A DNA stretch of 64,000 nt. Source: Cyanobacteria bacterium P01_A01_bin.123 (lineage in GTDB: Bacteria; Cyanobacteriota; Cyanobacteriia; Phormidesmidales; Phormidesmidaceae). The position numbers and the translations under genes were made by a program. Under the pieces are notes generated by a model. That model made no database searches, was not told where the DNA came from, and saw only the letters and a program-made list of their open reading frames with translations. The stretch lies in contig JBCBZT010000009.1 in assembly GCA_039815185.1 (NCBI GenBank), positions 32,001 through 96,000 of the forward strand, in the 5' to 3' direction. Below, piece after piece: positions 60,923 through 64,000 of the stretch (position 1 is its first letter; the number at the start of each line of letters is the position of its first letter).

Positions 60923-62125
60923 ATGCGAATCAAAAATGAACTACTCAAGCAAATTAAACACCATATCTATGAATTATCTGTGAATATCGGCGAAAGGCCA
61001 ACCGGCTCAGCGGCAAATCACAGCGCAGAGAATTATATTAAGCAGGTCTTTGTCCAAAACGGGTTTCAGGTCAAATTACAGAGATTTAACTGCATCGATT
61101 GGGAGAAAAATGAAGCGACCTTAAACGTTGGGAATACTGAAGTGTCTGTTGAACCTTCACCATATTCGTTGCCCTGTGATATTCAAGCTGACATCGAGGT
61201 GATAGAAACCCTTTTTCAACTGGAGAAAGCTGATCTGGTGGACAAAATCGCTGTATTATGCGGTGAACTAACCCAAGAGTCACTAATGCCGAAAAACTTC
61301 AGGTTTTATAATCCTGAATACCATCAAAGAATCATTAATCTGCTTGAAGAAAAGACCCCTGCAGCAATACTAACGACTAGCTTGAATGACAACCACCTGA
61401 CGCCTGTATTTGAAGATGGTGACTTCAATATTCCATCTGCTGTATTTTTTGAAAATGATAAAGACAGGGTTAGACAAAGCGACTTGCCGATTCATTTAAA
61501 GATCAGCAGCAGCAGGCATAAAGCAGTCGGCGCGAATGTTATTGCTCGGAAAAATCAGACTAATGAAAATAAATTTGTTATCACTGCCCACTTTGATACT
61601 AAGCCAGGAACACCGGGTGCGCTGGATAACGCTGTAGGTGTTGCTGTATTGCTGACGCTATCAGAGATGTTGAAAGATACGATGCCGGTACATGTTGGCG
61701 TTGAACTAGTTGCTTTCAATGGTGAAGATTACTTCTCTATTCCGGGACAAATGGCTTATCTTGATACATACAGCAGTGAATTTAATAAGATTAAGCTTGC
61801 CATAAACTGCGATGGATTAGGATTGAAAAATAGTACAACGGGTGTATCTTTGATGGAATGTTCGGAAAATTATGTTGCCCATATTGAATCAATCAATCAG
61901 TCTTTTAGCAATATTGAAAAACTATCCCCTTGGTATCAAGGAGATCACATGCTATTTGCCTCGGCACAAGTCCCGACCCTTGCGATAACGTCCACCGGAA
62001 TATTTGAGCTGATGGATACTATTATCCATACCCAGAACGATAAACTAAACTTGGTTGATCCAGAATTGATTGGTGAAGTTTGCCTCTTCTTACAGCAGAT
62101 TATAAATTCGAGCAATTTAGACTAA
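60923..62125 (+). CDS. M28-family metallopeptidase with PA-like insert
   Basis: IGERPTGS, TAHFD, PGALDNAVG, FNGED, INCDG, GDH and HTQND motifs. Confidence 0.88.
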   Translation: MRIKNELLKQIKHHIYELSVNIGERPTGSAANHSAENYIKQVFVQNGFQVKLQRFNCIDWEKNEATLNVGNTEVSVEPSPYSLPCDIQADIEVIETLFQLEKADLVDKIAVLCGELTQESLMPKNFRFYNPEYHQRIINLLEEKTPAAILTTSLNDNHLTPVFEDGDFNIPSAVFFENDKDRVRQSDLPIHLKISSSRHKAVGANVIARKNQTNENKFVITAHFDTKPGTPGALDNAVGVAVLLTLSEMLKDTMPVHVGVELVAFNGEDYFSIPGQMAYLDTYSSEFNKIKLAINCDGLGLKNSTTGVSLMECSENYVAHIESINQSFSNIEKLSPWYQGDHMLFASAQVPTLAITSTGIFELMDTIIHTQNDKLNLVDPELIGEVCLFLQQIINSSNLD

Positions 62126-62199
62126 CCCTTCAACACGTCTGTATTACCGTAATCTGTAATTGAAGGAAATTGGTATATAGGTTTCAGTTGAGTAGATTT

Positions 62200-62242
62200 T
62201 GTCAGACATATTTCGTCCAATTTGAACGAAATATGCCTGACA
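62200..62242. terminator. Long hairpin between convergent genes (likely bidirectional terminator)
   Basis: TGTCAGACATATTTCGTCCAA and TTGAACGAAATATGCCTGACA match at 19/21 positions as an inverted pair. Confidence 0.55.
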
Positions 62243-62319
62243 CGATAATCTCGAATGTATGACAACTGCGCATTGAGTTGCCGTAGAACCTACATTTGTA
62301 GATTGAGTCGAGTCAGAGA

Positions 62320-63819
62320 TTACAAAGCGTGCACCTTCTGCTGTACTTCCGCAAACGCTTGTTCAGGACTCAAGGGTTTGTAAGTCAGATTCGACACCAC
62401 AATAAATACCACCAGGCCAATCACTGGACTAATCATTGTGGGGAGCCCATCAAACGCAGCGGTAAAGAGCGAATTGGGAATATACAGCAGTGTGTTGTCC
62501 ACCCCAAACATTGTCGGCATCAGCACAAATAAAGAAAGTCGAGTCAGTGACCCAATAATGATGCAAGCTAAAGCACCCTGCCAAGTCGCACGACGCCAAA
62601 ATAAACCCCCTGTTAAGGGCACCACTAGCCCCGCAAATCCGAGATCAAAAGCTAACAATAACAGCACCCCCGTCTGCGGTACCCGAATGGCAAAAAATAC
62701 CCCCAGCAAGGTGATAAACACCGCCATGAGTCGGGTAATCAGCAGCAGTCTATCCCCACCAGCGCCATGGGCATTACTATGTCGAATGCCTAAGACGTTA
62801 TGGGCAATGACGGATGAGGTTCCTAAAATTGCCCCATCAGCCGTGGACAACGAAGCTGACATAATCGCCGCAATCACGATCAAACTCAAAACAGGGGGCA
62901 CCACATTTTGCAGCAATGCAAAGAGCACTGGCCCATCAGCAGTTACCCCCACCTGTTCTAGGATGCGGTTGGCAGATAGGGCAATGACAGAAAAAGGAAT
63001 CCCAATGATCAATGTGCCAGCAAAGCCGATAAAGCAGGCTCTTTGAGCCGTTTCTGGACTTTCAGCTGCAAACACTCGGGCCATAAAATCAATGGCAACA
63101 ATGTCGCCTAACCCCAGTGCTAGGATGGTGGCCCAGTTAATCGTGGCTCCAGCATCTGCAACGGTGAGCTGCTCAAAGTCAAAGGGACCCATGCCCGCAG
63201 GCACCGTCAAGCCAAAGGTTGTGCCGATAAAGCCAATCAGCAACAAAGACCCCACTAAGGCAATCAAGACCTGAATCGCATCAGTGTAGGCCACGGCAAA
63301 CAATCCCCCAGAAACCGTGTAAACAAACACCAAGGAAGCAATCAGCGTTATTCCCCCGATATACCCAATGCCCAGGAAGGCTTCAAACAAATATCCCCCC
63401 GCGACTAAGTTTCCTGCAAGTAAAAATGAAAAGCTCAACACCATAATTACGGCAGCGACGAACTCTGTCGTGCGGCCATATTTGACTCGGTAAAAATCAG
63501 GCAGGGTAATTAAGCCCATTCGATTCAAAGGCTTAGCGTAGAACAGCCCCGTGAGCAGTAGACAAAGGGCGAGTCCAATGGGTAATGATGCGCCAGCCCA
63601 AAAGCCAAACGCTGCTGACAAATCGGTGTTACCTAACGTCGCGTTAGAATCCACTGACTGAGCCATCAATGTCGCCGCCGCCAGGGGTAAGGTCAGGCCC
63701 CGACCCGCTACCAAAAAATTAACGCTATCGCCTTTAATTTGCTGAGATGCCCAGACACCAACACCTAACGTGCCTAAGAGGAATACGATAATTCCCCAGG
63801 AATAAATCGTGTTTTCCAT
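62320..63819 (-). CDS. Sodium:solute symporter (SSS) family transporter, putative guanidine importer
   Basis: FLVAGR, TLPDFY..KYG, YTVSGGLFAVAYTD and SASLSTADG motifs; about 13 TM helices; downstream of a guanidine-I riboswitch. Confidence 0.88.
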   Translation of the reverse strand: MENTIYSWGIIVFLLGTLGVGVWASQQIKGDSVNFLVAGRGLTLPLAAATLMAQSVDSNATLGNTDLSAAFGFWAGASLPIGLALCLLLTGLFYAKPLNRMGLITLPDFYRVKYGRTTEFVAAVIMVLSFSFLLAGNLVAGGYLFEAFLGIGYIGGITLIASLVFVYTVSGGLFAVAYTDAIQVLIALVGSLLLIGFIGTTFGLTVPAGMGPFDFEQLTVADAGATINWATILALGLGDIVAIDFMARVFAAESPETAQRACFIGFAGTLIIGIPFSVIALSANRILEQVGVTADGPVLFALLQNVVPPVLSLIVIAAIMSASLSTADGAILGTSSVIAHNVLGIRHSNAHGAGGDRLLLITRLMAVFITLLGVFFAIRVPQTGVLLLLAFDLGFAGLVVPLTGGLFWRRATWQGALACIIIGSLTRLSLFVLMPTMFGVDNTLLYIPNSLFTAAFDGLPTMISPVIGLVVFIVVSNLTYKPLSPEQAFAEVQQKVHAL

Positions 63820-63862
63820 GTCCTATTCTCCTAAGTTATGAGCTGTAACCTCTAAATAGGTA

Positions 63863-63928
63863 GCAACAACAAAGCCCGAGAGAAATTGGCGATCTCTTAA
63901 CAAGATCAACCAATATCTCCCGGGCTTT
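63863..63928 (-). terminator. Riboswitch expression-platform intrinsic terminator
   Basis: Minus strand AAAGCCCGGGAGAUAUUGG...CCAAUUUCUCUCGGGCUUU followed by GUUGUUG. The 5' arm overlaps the aptamer 3' tail. Confidence 0.75.
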
Positions 63929-64000
63929 TATCCCTCCGTGAACCAAGGTAAATCGCACTTAATGCATTTACCCTAGCTGTATCTCTTGGACCAGACACTC
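63914..64000 (-). ncRNA. Guanidine-I (ykkC-yxkD) riboswitch aptamer, 5' end beyond the window
   Basis: Minus strand reads GUCUGGUCCAAGAG...P2 hairpin GGUAAAUGCA-UUAAG-UGCGAUUUACC...CACGGAGGGAUAAAAGCCCGGGAG, the conserved ykkC core. Confidence 0.88.

Noticed and set aside
62119..62170. Integron attC site after the M28 gene
   Set aside because: GACTAAC does not fit RYYYAAC, there is no matching GTTRRRY, and no integrase is present.
62438..63046. 202-aa plus-strand ORF
   Set aside because: Antisense shadow of the SSS transporter.

Overview
Chromosomal window from a cyanobacterium. The HIP1 octamer GCGATCGC is very frequent and the gene set is typical of filamentous Leptolyngbya/Nodosilinea-like strains. 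It holds about 45 CDS. Core and signalling genes include a Ser/Thr kinase-PstS pair, murJ, moeA, pepP, an HstK-type kinase, a GGDEF protein, pyrC and an amino-acid ABC transporter. Accessory segments include three GT-C glycosyltransferases, CHAT and pseudo-caspase genes, a divergent URC4/URC1 pair, a RAYT with cognate REP palindromes, and an orphan VgrG + DUF4280 (PAAR-like) spike module. The most interesting observations are: (1) an alphaproteobacterial-looking dapD - class IV aminotransferase - dapE cassette, where a BCAT-like enzyme sits in the DapC position, in a lineage expected to use DapL; (2) a Leu-rich leader peptide with alternative RNA pairings upstream of a type-2 leuA, suggesting attenuation; (3) a guanidine-I (ykkC) riboswitch with terminator upstream of a sodium:solute symporter; (4) two inverted copies of a 105-bp structured element bracketing a DUF3179 gene. 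All calls come from motif recognition by eye; no database searches were run.
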